This document shows, one piece after another, positions 12,788 through 23,305 of a DNA stretch of 43,434 nt. The position numbers were made by a program, and so were the translations under genes. This DNA is from Prorocentrum cordatum (taxonomy: Eukaryota). The DNA lies in assembly GCA_963575745.1 (NCBI GenBank), contig CAUYUJ010000248.1, forward strand, positions 620,001 through 663,434. The letters are read 5' to 3'. The notes beneath the pieces are model-generated. The model saw only the letters and a list, made by a program, of their open reading frames with translations, ran no database searches and was not told where the DNA came from. The first letter of the stretch is position 1. Every line of letters starts with the position of its first letter.

Positions 12788-12994
12788 GCGATGCTGACGG
12801 GCGGGGCGCAGGAGGGGCCCGACGGGCGGCGCGCCGTCGTCGTCGTCGTTGTCGTCGTCGCCAGCGAGGCCCCGGACGGGGGAGTGCGGCGGCAGGGCGC
12901 GGTGCCCCGCGCGGTCCGTGGCCGCGGAGAGGGGCGGCGCGCCGGGTCGTGCCGGAGGCCCTGCGCCGGGCAGCAGCGTGCAGCCGAGACGCCG

Positions 12995-13280
12995 AAACAT
13001 AAGGAACGCCTCGGGTGCGGACGGGGCTCGCTGTTCTTGATTTAGCTCCTCCTCCTCCTCCTTCTCCTCCTTCTCCTTCCCCTCCTCCTCCTCCTGCTCC
13101 TGCTCCCCTCCTCCCCCTCCTCCTCCTCCTCCTCCTCCTCCTCCTCCTCCTCCTCCTCCTCCTCCTCCTCCTCTTGGTCCTCCGCAGCCCGGAAGCTCTT
13201 CCATGGCTCCTCCTCCGCCACTCCTCGTGCACCTAATTAGGCGCTTCTGGGGCCAAGACGGGGCTTCGTTCCTTATGTTT
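12995..13280. mobile_element. TIR element enclosing a (CCT)n microsatellite
   Basis: Perfect 14-bp inverted repeat aaacataaggaacg (12995-13008) / cgttccttatgttt (13267-13280) around (CCT)n at ~13045-13173. Confidence 0.6.
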
Positions 13281-13423
13281 GCGTTCCTTCTGATAGTAAT
13301 TACCTCGACTGTGGGACGAAAGGCGACGAAGGGGTAGGAGCGAACTCCGGAGGCAAATAATGGGGCCTGGCATATCCTCTTCACTCCGTCTTCTGCGTCG
13401 GTTCGCGTTTGGGAGTCGATGAG

Positions 13424-13490
13424 ACAGCGCCGACTTAGCGTCGAGCAGCGTCGATCAGCGTCGACTTAGCGTCGGTTTGCGTCGATTCGC
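13424..13490. repeat. Short 10-11 bp tandem repeat (agcgtcga core)
   Basis: cagcgccgacttagcgtcgagcagcgtcgatcagcgtcgacttagcgtcggtttgcgtcgat. Confidence 0.75.
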
Positions 13491-13939
13491 AAGAGCCGAC
13501 AAGATGGTATGGGAGGCTCTCATGAGTTGCCACCGAACACAGGGCGAAAGGCGATGAAGGGGGAGGAGTGACCATGCGTGAACATACGCACGCTCTTCGG
13601 CGGCGAGCCCCAGGGGGGACGTGAGAGGGGTCGCGCAGGGACGTTGCCAGGAGGAGGAGTCAGGCATTGTGGACAGGGGCGGCGCGCTCAGGAAGCCCCA
13701 TCGCGAGTCGGACATACTTCGCCGACCGAGGAGCTGTGGAATGCAGGTGGTGCAGGGCAGTATCGCCAAGGCCACGCCGGGGAGGGAGAGGGAGAAGAGG
13801 GCCGACGGCAAGCCCGAGGGCGCCGCGGAGGGAGCCCGCGGGCCGGACAGACAAGAGGCAGGGTGAAGGGCACGAGGAGCCGCCAAAGGCCGAGTCGGCA
13901 GCGCCGACGAGCGCGAGGAGCAAGTCAGAGGGGCATACT

Positions 13940-14119
13940 TACAGTGGAGGCCCATGCCAAGAAGCACCCTGCTTGCCTCCAGGGTGCCCTGGGTTTCCTG
14001 GGTTTCGATGGCTTTGCTACGGAAAGCGCGGCGTGCCCACACAAGAAGTCAATGGCTGTCCTGGGGTCTCAGGGTCGGGCTTCTTGTGAAAGGTTTCTTG
14101 TGGACTGGCCTCCACTGTA
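13940..14119. mobile_element. MITE family E, copy 2
   Basis: tacagtggaggcc...ggcctccactgta (13-bp perfect TIR); aligns with 3806-3973. Confidence 0.82.
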
Positions 14120-15027
14120 TGTGTTGGTACGCTTCCCCCTGCCAGCGATGTGACACCACAGTCGCGATATAATATGGACGGGTGGCGAACACAAAAGCAT
14201 AGTACATAACTTTGCGCGCAGACGCACACACACTTTTTTTACGCCAGCGGCTAGGCAGAGTGACTTCGCTGGCGAGTATCACACACACACACACGCGCGC
14301 GCTGGCTCCAGAATGTGCCACGCTCATCGACGGGGCCTTCTGTCCGAGGCACGGCGGTGCCGTCCAAGGGCGGGGGCAAAGGAGAGAAGGCGACACGACC
14401 GCATCGTGGCACGAGCGCGTCAGGGTCCAGCAGGGGGCGTGCGTCTGCCTGGTACTGCAAGCGCTGCCCTGGATGCATCAAGTGCGCGGACAAGACCAGC
14501 CGCGTCGAGTGCCACCTGCCCGAAGCCGCCGCCTCCTGCGGGAGAGGTGGGCCCCCGAGGCGCCCTCAAATCGAGCGGCAGGGCCTTGGATCCGTGGGCG
14601 CAGGTGCCGAAAGCGGAGCTGCATGTGGCGCTGGAGGCGGGGGAACTGCCGGCGATGCACCGTGGGAGCTGGCCAGGAGCCAGCTCAAACTCGACGACTT
14701 GGCATCGCTCGGACGTGTGCATGTTTTTCTCGGCGAGGACCATCGAGGAGCATCCTTGATCATTTGGCGAAGAAGCCACGCGCGAAACCGAACAAAAGCG
14801 CAGGAAATGGACGTCCGAGCGATGGCCAGACGAGGCCCTCCAGGAAAACGCTCGGCTCCAGCTCCAGGCCAGCGCCGGCGACCACGCCATGGACGTCGAG
14901 GGCAGCACCATCTCCGCCACGGAGCGCAAGAAGAGGCTCTGGCAAGTGGATGAGCGCATCAGAGCCGTCGAGAAGCTCTTCGCGGCCGACCCAGATGGGG
15001 CCAACACCTCAAAGGCCGGCTTGATGC

Positions 15028-15562
15028 CACACACACACACAGACGCAAACGCACGCGCACGCGCACGCGCACGCGCACGCGCACGCGCACGCGCGCTCGC
15101 AAACGCACACTCACACGCACACGCACACGCACGCGCACACGCACGCGCACACGCACACGCACACGCAAACGCACACGCACACGCGCCCACATACATGCAC
15201 ATACACAAACACACACACACACACTCTCTCTCTTTCTCATACACACAGTCTCTCTCTCTCTCTATCTCTCTCTCTCTCTCTTTCCTCACACACACACATT
15301 TGGGCGGTCGCGGTTTCGCGCGCGGCGTCGAGGCGAAGCAAGACACGCGCTGTGGCCGAAACCTAGGCTGGTTCGCGCACGCGCGGGCTCAGAGGAGGGC
15401 TGCACATTGCAATCCGGGCGTGGGCGGCGGGGCGAAAGGAGAGACGCACACAAGCACACGCAGAAACACACGCACACACACACACACATACGCATGCACA
15501 CACACAAGCACACACCCGCACACACAGACACACACACGCATGCACACACACACACACACACC

Positions 15563-15627
<65 letters not shown>

Positions 15628-15631
15628 GCAC

Positions 15632-15699
<68 letters not shown>

Positions 15700-15970
15700 G
15701 CACGCGTGCGCCGCACGCGCACGCGCACGCGCACGCGCACGCGCACGCGCACGCGCACGCGCACGCGCACGCGCGCACGCGCACGCGCACGCGCACGCGC
15801 ACGCGCACGCGCACGCGCACGCGCACGCGCACGCGCACACACGCACACGCACACGCACACGCACACGCACACGCACACGCACACGCACACGCACACGCAC
15901 GCACACGCACACGCACACGCACACGCACACGCACACGCACACGCACACACGCACACGCACACGCACACGC

Positions 15971-16011
<41 letters not shown>

Positions 16012-16218
16012 CGCACACACGCGCACACGCGCACACACGCGCACACGCACACGCACACGCACACGCACACGCACACGCACACGCACACACACACACGCGC
16101 ACACACGCACACACACACGCACACACACGCGCACACACGCACACACACAGAGACACGCACACACACACACAAACACACACACACACACACACGCGCACGC
16201 ACACACGCACACACACGC
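15028..16218. repeat. Very long compound alternating purine-pyrimidine microsatellite (CA, CACG, CACGCG, CACGCA)
   Basis: Directly visible; nearly uninterrupted over 15445-16218. Confidence 0.95.
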
Positions 16219-16807
16219 TTCCTTCCAACGCTGGTCTCACGCACTCGCGTGTCCACGTGATGGCTGTTGTCGCGTCCTCACCCCGGCTTCGTAGTCCTGA
16301 CCTGCCCTTCTCGTTGATGGCGACGAGTACGTGAGCCTGCTTCTGGCACCGCGCGACGTGGTTCACGCCACATTGTGAATAGGAAAGGCCATCAACCAGG
16401 CAAATTGTTGCAAGTTTTAAAGCGAATTTACGCGGCACTCGCGCGAGAGCCACATTTTGAAAACGAGTCGCGCTCAATCCGTGAAGCTCTTGTACATGTT
16501 ACAGACGAGTGTGCGCGGCGCTAAGCTGAGAGCCACATTTTGAAAACGACCCGCCCTCCATGTGCGAAACTGCTGCCATTGTTTAAGCTCCAGAGTCATA
16601 CATTCTGAGGAAGTCTCAGGCGAAACACCCGACACGCCGCCCTAACAATTGGCCTTGGGGGTGCGACAGTGAGATTTAACTCAGAGGAAACAATGGAGGA
16701 GGAGGAGGAGGAGGATGAGAAGGATGAGGAGGATGAGGAGGAGGGGGAGGAGGAGATGGACCAGCGCATCTGACTGAATGGGTTCTTGTCTGGGCGGCTA
16801 TGGGCGG

Positions 16808-18552
16808 CTAGCTGCCGCTGCCGCTGCTGCTTGAAATTCCCAACGAACGTTGCGTCTCTCGAATCATCATGTCAAGAGGAATGGGAGCAGCAAAGACGAT
16901 GGGGCCATGCATGCCATCCTTGGGATGTCTGCACGACCTGAAACAGCGTATAGCCGTTATCTTGTTATTAGATTTGGGCTCTTTGAGGCACGCTTTCTGG
17001 AAACTTCTGGCCATGAATTCGGAGTAGACACCGCAGTTCCAGCAGGCCATTACACAGCTCTCATATTCGAGGCGGTCGAAAACATATATATATATAGTGT
17101 GTGGCCATTACGGTTGAGGGAGAGGTGAGAGAGGCTCGGGCAGGTGCCTTGGCATCTCTCGTGTTGGCGACGGGTGTTGGCTCCCGTTGTTAAAACTCTT
17201 GTGCGACACAGCTCGCACATCCATCTACCTCTTAGCCAGACCCACTTGCGGTACTGCCCTGGTTCTCTCTGACCACGGGAGGCACCAGCAACGGCCCCAG
17301 GACCCTCAGGGGGAGGGGGAGGCGGAGGCGGAGCAGGGGCGATTAGGGCAGCACCCACAAGGGGCTTTGCAGCCGGCTTGAAAACTGGTTTCCCGCAGGC
17401 TTTTCCCCCTGGTTTCGGCGCTATGGCGGGCCAGGTGAGCATGGCTTGTGAGACGAACCGCAGGAAACGCTTGATGAAGGCCTGATCGGCCTGATACTTA
17501 TCGATTTCGGCTTCCGAGGGGCCCCCGAGCTTCTTCGCGGCCGCTTTGGCGATTCGGTCGGCAGCGTCGTTCCCGAGGGCCAGAAACTTGTCGCGGGAGC
17601 CTTCTGGAAGGCTGTCTAAATCTTGGTGCGCTTTTACTTTACAAACTTGGGGGAGGGCACCTCCAGTGTGTTTACCTTTGGCAACTAGCTCCAGCCCAGA
17701 GTACAGATTCTTCCTATCAAAGCCTACTTGACTGTACTTTCGAATGGCTCCTAAGTGGTCCGAGTGGACCTGGGTAATGTTGGGGTACATGTGGCTGATG
17801 GCAAGGGCAAGATGCTCCGCTGCTCCTGATGTGGGCGGCAGAGCGGCTCCTGTCTGTCCAGACAGGTGTGCCTTGCAGTCACCAGCTTCGTCCATCACAA
17901 CTACCGACCAGCCCGTTTGATGCCAAACGGTGGGACCTTGCTTATAGCAGGATCCGTCAACAACAGCCTCGCCAGACATGGCCTCTTTAAGCGGGGCCTC
18001 GTCTTTGGACCAGAACTCAAAAGCAAAGCCGACCCCCGAGGGCCTTATAAACACGGGGTCGGGAAGGTATTGAAAACCATGGGCTAGTGGAGCTTCATTG
18101 GGGTACCCTCGAAGATATTCCAGATCGGGGGCCTCTAAGGTGTCACTTCTGACATCATCGACGAGCTGGCAGTTGAAACGGTGCTGCGTGGCATCTGTCG
18201 GGTGTCCGCACTCGCATACCTGGTCGATCCCATAACCTGCTGCAGCCAAGCGGGACCTGGTCCAGAGACATTGGGTAAGGTAGGCCAGGAGGCAGCCCCT
18301 CTGGGGCTTGGTAAGGTTCGGGTCGTCCAGCACAGCTTTTGCGGCCGAGCAATCCAGACGGTCCTGAGGGTGTCTCATTTTGGCTGCTGCTTTAAACTCG
18401 AGCTGCGCCTTCCAGGCGTCCTCCAAGTGGTACTTGAGGAGGGCTGGCGGGGTCACAGTGAGCTGGAGGATGAGGCCTTGGCTCGTCTCTATCTCGAACG
18501 GGTTGAGGAGCTTCCAACCTATCCCGTTGAGGCTCAGCAGGGCGGCCCCCAT
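16808..18552 (-). pseudogene. Retrotransposon polyprotein 3' part: post-RT Cys/His region, RNase H and C-terminal Cys-rich motifs (frameshifted)
   Basis: RNase H motifs VVDGSC, GAAEHLAL, HSDHLG, KVKAHQ, GNDAADRIAK (~17540-17970); CECG..DATQHRFNC; RWMCELC...RCQG and MACWNCG. Frame break near a (TA)n at ~17084-17096; stop at 16808. Confidence 0.85.
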
Positions 18553-19955
18553 GGGCCCTCGGCATGCACTCCAGCTTTTTGGGGGTTATCCAAGATTCGG
18601 TTCACCTTCTGTTTCAAAGCACCGTGATCATACTTGAGCAAGCCAGGTTGGGCCGAGATCCTCCATGCCAAAAGACTGTAGTATATGATGGGCCCCAAGG
18701 CGGCCTTCCAGGAGGGGTCTCCAAGCAGGCGCAGGCTCAGGACTCGGGATCTCGTAGAGCTTCTGGGGCCAACGGTGCTGAGGTAGAAGTTCTGGCTCTG
18801 GGCGAGTTCTGAATCGGTCAGGCCTACCACCTCGCTCCCATAATGGTTGGCCTGGTCGAGGCCTGCTTTGTACAACTTCCGCATGTCGGCCCCGGCCTTT
18901 TTGGTAGCCTGGAGCCTGCGCCTGCGGTGCTTCATCTTCTTGAAACGAAGGCGCAGAACAGCGCGGCCACGGCCGCTGCGGACACGACCTCCAGCCGTGT
19001 AGTCTATACCGAGGTTGGCGGCGGCGTCGACCCGCTCCAAAGCCTGGGGTCCTGCTAGTGAGCCGAGGGCCTTGACGAGGGGCTCACGAACCTTTACGGA
19101 GGAGGCTAAGACGGCTGACTTATGGAGGGCAATGTTGCTGTCTAAGTCCTCCTCTACGGGGTCCTTCATACTCTTTGAGGCTCCTGCAAGGGTCTTGGTC
19201 AGGGTCTTGGGGCACTTATCTTGGGCCTGTAAGATGATGTCATCAATAAACATGTGGAGGCTAGTATCTATGTTGTCCTGGACCCAGACATCGAGCCGTA
19301 CAATGCAATATTTCTGTATTGCGTAAGTGGCGAAGCTGCAGCCTGCGGGTACTCCATACTGCGGGCTGCCAACGAAGACTGCTTGCGACCTGTTGGCGAC
19401 TAGACGGGGCGATCCATACTGGTTGGCAATCAAGACCGCCACAGCTTGATTGAAACCGGTGCCGACCGCTCTGGAAAACCATTTGCCCCGATCGATGTGT
19501 TCGTAGTAGTTTGAGAGGCCCCAGAGCACCGCAGCAGTGAACCTGGAAACACCTGCATAATGGGCCGATCCCGCCTCGAGGGCCTGCAAGAAAACGGTCT
19601 CCAAGATTCCTCGCCCTCCCTGATGGGCCAGATAAGGCCTAATGCTTTGAAACTCCCATCGTCGAGCTGCTGGCTGCCTTATCTTGGCCCGGAGTCTCCA
19701 GATCGAACTCATCAATCCTATCCTTCGGTAGCTGGGCTTGTCTTTGGAACCCTCCTGCTGCATATGCTTGGGGATGAGCATGGTGACGGTCGCGCGCACC
19801 TGAGAGGGCAAGAGGCCGACCGCCTCGAAAGCGTGCGTGAAGCGGGCCACGAGCTCGAGCTCGCTGTCACCTAAGAGCGCAAAGTGCCTGGGATGGAAGC
19901 CGTCGTAGGTGGGGGCCGTGTGATAGCTGAATCGCTTTGCTGCTGTTCTTATCAT
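18534..19955 (-). pseudogene. Non-LTR reverse transcriptase domain
   Basis: Motifs YDGFHPRHF, TMLIPK, YRRIGLMS, LWGLSNYYEHIDR (first catalytic D appears replaced by G), GVPAGCSFA, MFIDDI, NLGIDY; frameshifted relative to the flanking segments. Confidence 0.9.
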
Positions 19956-20629
19956 GTCAACTGTGATGGGTTCCAGCTCGGCTAGGGCTTCAGGGCTTGG
20001 TCCGCGATGTTTATGTTTCTGCTCTTGCGGGGTAGTCTCCCAGATATCCGAAAGACGTTCGGCTTCAGCTTTAAGTAAGTCATGCGGCCTTCCTGACCAC
20101 CTTCCGATCGAGGCTTTCCAGACTTGCTGAGGCTTTCAACTGCTGAAATCTTTGGTCCATCTATGGCCCCATCCCACTCCGTGCTGCATAGTTGTCTTGG
20201 CCCAATCAACCCAGTTTCTCGTCGGTCGATCGGTCGCGCTGCATTTCTCCTTCTAAGGCTTAACCGGTGTCGACGAAGAGCTTATCGAACAGTTCCTTCG
20301 CCATTGCGGTATTTAGAGCGTCGCTACGGATGTCGACTAGGGCCGCGCGTAGGGCAGCTTGAACTGTTTGAAGAAGGGCCCCTAACTCATCAACTTCACC
20401 AACTAAAGCCGGGGCCGAACCTAGGTCCTCCAAGACAACTTGAACATCATATTCTAGATCGCATGCTTGGTCTAAGGCACGCCGTGCGTCAGTAATCTTA
20501 TTCTTCAGCCAGCGGAGGGGTCCTGCAAGAGAGCGCCAGCTGCGACGGCGAGCGCGTTCCGCTGCACATGCGGGAACCCATCGGAGCTGAGGTCCTTGAC
20601 CTCGTAGGCGCTGGCTGCGAAGAGGCGTG

Positions 20630-21515
20630 TCAGTGACCTTGCTCAAAAAAACTCGTTAAATCGCTGGCCAGGATCTCGTAGGTCTGGTCCGTGGCCCCGT
20701 CCAAGGTCCCGTAGTCCGACTTCTGTCCCAAGAAGGCTTCCATGTGGTCCAGGGCCGCTTCGGTTCGGGTCCAGGGAGTTGTTTGCGCTATGGGTCCCAC
20801 GGGCAACTTCGTTGGGATCTTCTGAGGCTTTACCAGGACGGGCACCAGGAAGGGCCCATCTATGGCGAGGTCGAAGTGCACGGGCCTGTGGGGGCTCAGG
20901 GGGTACTCCTTTAGGACCTTGGGCTTACTCACGTAGTCCTGGAAACAATCGGAGACGAGGAAGAAATCGATCAGGCTCTTGGTGTTTCTAGTCTAGAGCC
21001 TGCACTCCTGCTCTCGGGCAGAAGTTACTCTTGGTGAGCTTGGCAGGCGAGAGGTTGAAGTCAGCCGCAACTATCAGGCCCATGCGATGCTTCTGGCCGA
21101 GCTGCGCGAGGCTGGCGAGGAGGTCGAGGTTAAATTCGGTCAGCCCAACCTCGCCGGCAAGGTAGGTTGAGGATAGAATAAATGGAGCGTGTCCTGGCAC
21201 CTCCAGAGCTACACCGGTAACTTTTCCCCTTGGCGTATTGGCAGGATAGTCGACTTTTGTGACCCCGAAGTCGTACCCGTCTCTCACGAGGATGGTTGTG
21301 CCCTGCGCTACTGCCCCACAGTCGCTCAGAACCCCAGCCGTGAAATTTGCATTCCATCCACGCTTGCTACACCACTGAGTAGCATCCAAAACTTGATTTT
21401 CAAGAAGCCTGGCCTCCTGAACACACAAAACGTGGATGGACTTGGCGTCTTCGGACTCGACGAAAGTCTTGACGCTTCCCCAACAGCTTCCATTGAAACT
21501 CATGATGCGGAGGTT
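20630..21515 (-). pseudogene. APE (exonuclease-endonuclease-phosphatase) endonuclease of the retrotransposon
   Basis: IMSFNG, LCVQEARL, SSTYL, AADFNLSP, then after a stop/frameshift at ~20988 SLIDFFLVS and SPHRPV (SDH-equivalent). Confidence 0.87.
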
Positions 21516-22654
21516 ACCCCCCCCAGACTTACGGGCGGCCCCCGAGCCCTCAATCCTGGAGCGGAGCCTCCTCTGGGCATCCTCAGCTGATGGTCCCAGA
21601 GCCCCAGGAGTCCCGATCTGCGAGACCGCCGAGAGGGCCTGAACAGCCCGTTTGGAGGCCCCTTCCTCCTTCTCCTTCGCGTCGGAGAGCTCCATGTCGT
21701 CAGCGGCGGAGCCTGCAGGAAGGCCCTCTCCATTGGGAGCTGCGACTGCGGCTGCACATTCAGGGGCTGGTGGGTGACCAGCTGCTGGTTCAGCTGCTGG
21801 TGCTGGTGGTACTTGTCCTTCCCGCGGTTGCTCGTCAGCTGCTGGTTGTGCCGACGCCTGGACCATCCGATTGTACTCGGCGTCGAGCTCCGTAGCCATG
21901 GCGTTGACCTTCTGCTTGAAGTCGGGGCTGATCTCCGCGCCAGGCGGGAGCTTCGCCTTGATGCAGTCCTCGAGCGTGTCTGATGATGCCCCATGTGCTG
22001 CACCATCTGCACCTCCAGCCTGTGGGCTGCTGCCTTCGCTGCGACCTTGAGCTGGCTCTCGAGCTGCTGGCATTCCTTGTAGATATCATTGCACTCATTC
22101 GCGGCCGTCCGGCACTTCTCGGTGAGCTTCTCAATCCCCTCAAGGTACCAGGCCACGTCCTTCAGCTTGCCCTCCAGGCGCTTGCGCTGCACTGAGAGCT
22201 GGTCCGACGAGCTCTGCGTCTGCTGGTCGGGTGACTTGTTTGCCGAGGCGGCGGCCTTGGCTGCTTTACGTTCTTCTGCTGCTTGAAGGTAATGTTGTCC
22301 TCCACCTCCTTCCATCTTGCGCCAGAAGTTGACGGCGGCCACGCAGACCTGGATGGAGTCGGTGGTGTCACACTCTGGCTGCTGAACTGATGCATCATCA
22401 TCGAATTGGACTCGACGAGACCACCGGGTGCCGCGCGAGCTTGAGCGGGGCGGCTTGGGGGGCTGGGCGGTCTGCTTGTTCGCACTGTTGGCCGACTCCG
22501 TGAAGGGCTTCCCGCATTTACCACAATGACGGTGTCCCAAATCCGTCCAGGACCATCCCCCACATGATGGCGTTGAACAGACCATGTAGCACCTCGGAGT
22601 CTTGGCCGAACCTCTCGGGCGCGAGGGGCGACGCGCTGAGCCGCCTGGCGCCAT
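21516..22654 (-). pseudogene. ORF1-like leader: C4 zinc finger plus coiled coil, frameshifted near 21983
   Basis: ATG at 22654 (MAPGGSARR...); CSTPSCGGWSWTDLGHRHCGKCGKPF; heptad-rich QLSVQRKRLEGKLKDV...CQQLESQLK; continues in another frame (TLEDCIKAKL...) that runs into the APE domain without a stop. Confidence 0.72.
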
Positions 22655-22857
22655 GGCTGCGCCGCACACAGCAGAACAGCGGCCAGCAGCAGGAGCTGGA
22701 CGCCTCGGCGATGGCGGCAGCGGCCGAGGAGGCAGAGGGGGCGCGGCTGCGGGGCGCCCGTGCTGGCAGAGGCAGCCAGGCCTAGGGAAGGGGCTGCCTT
22801 TCCACCTCGGCCTCGAGCCTCTGGAGTCGGGACCCACGGGAGGTAAGCTCCGTGAGA

Positions 22858-22878
22858 CTTGAGCCAAAATGGCTACGG
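22858..22878 (-). other. Dinoflagellate spliced-leader (DinoSL) sequence in genomic DNA, 21/21 exact
   Basis: Plus strand cttgagccaaaatggctacgg = minus CCGTAGCCATTTTGGCTCAAG, the conserved DinoSL (DCCGTAGCCATTTTGGCTCAAG) lacking only the first base; followed by TCTCACG, not GT, so not an SL-RNA gene. Confidence 0.97.
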
Positions 22879-23229
22879 GGGAGGAGGATATGGAGGAGGA
22901 GGAAAAGGAGGGGTAGGGAGAGGAGGTGGAAGGGCTTCGGGGCCTCGGGGCGGCGGACGGGCCAAACAGCATACGCGGTGGCTAGAAGCCAGGGAAGTTA
23001 GAAGAAGAGCGATCGGCACGAGCAGTTTCTTTCGACGGTCCAGAGGAGGCCCCAGCGTAGATCCAAGAAATGCGCGGGGACCGTCAAAAGTTGATATTCA
23101 TGCAGTTACTCCGTCCTCTTCTCTAGGAGGAGAGCGCGCACACCGTCAGGGCGGGAGCGCGCCGTGGCCATCCTGGCCCTGGCCGTGCTGGGCCGCGCCC
23201 GACGAGGCTCGCCGTCCCGTGCGGCGGCC

Positions 23230-23305
23230 ATGGCGCCCTCCGAGGTGGCCTCCGAAGTCGGCGGCGGAGCGGCCTTCCGGGACGCGGAAGGCTTCCCAGT
23301 CGTAG
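23230..23305 (+). CDS. AN1-AN1-PUB protein (ZFAND2/AIRAP-like), exon 1
   Basis: gccATGgcg; MAPSEVASEVGGGAAFRDAEGFPVV(G); 'FP.xG' precedes the first AN1 finger as in ZFAND2 proteins; GT donor at 23306, phase 1. Confidence 0.78.

Larger units (their letters stand above)
16761..22878 (-). mobile_element. Full-length, decayed non-LTR (LINE-like) retrotransposon with APE, RT and RNase H, capped by DinoSL
   Basis: Domain order Zn-finger/coiled coil > APE > RT > RNase H > Cys-rich on the minus strand. TSD gggaggaggagatgga (16745-16760) / gggaggaggatatgga (22879-22894); the 5' end equals the spliced leader. Confidence 0.92.

Noticed and set aside
14889..16477. His/Thr/Ala/Cys-Val-rich ORFs of 300-480 aa
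   Set aside because: They are translations of CA-type microsatellites.
22858..22878. SL-RNA gene
   Set aside because: The exon is followed by TC rather than a GT donor and SL intron, and it sits inside a TSD-bounded retroelement.
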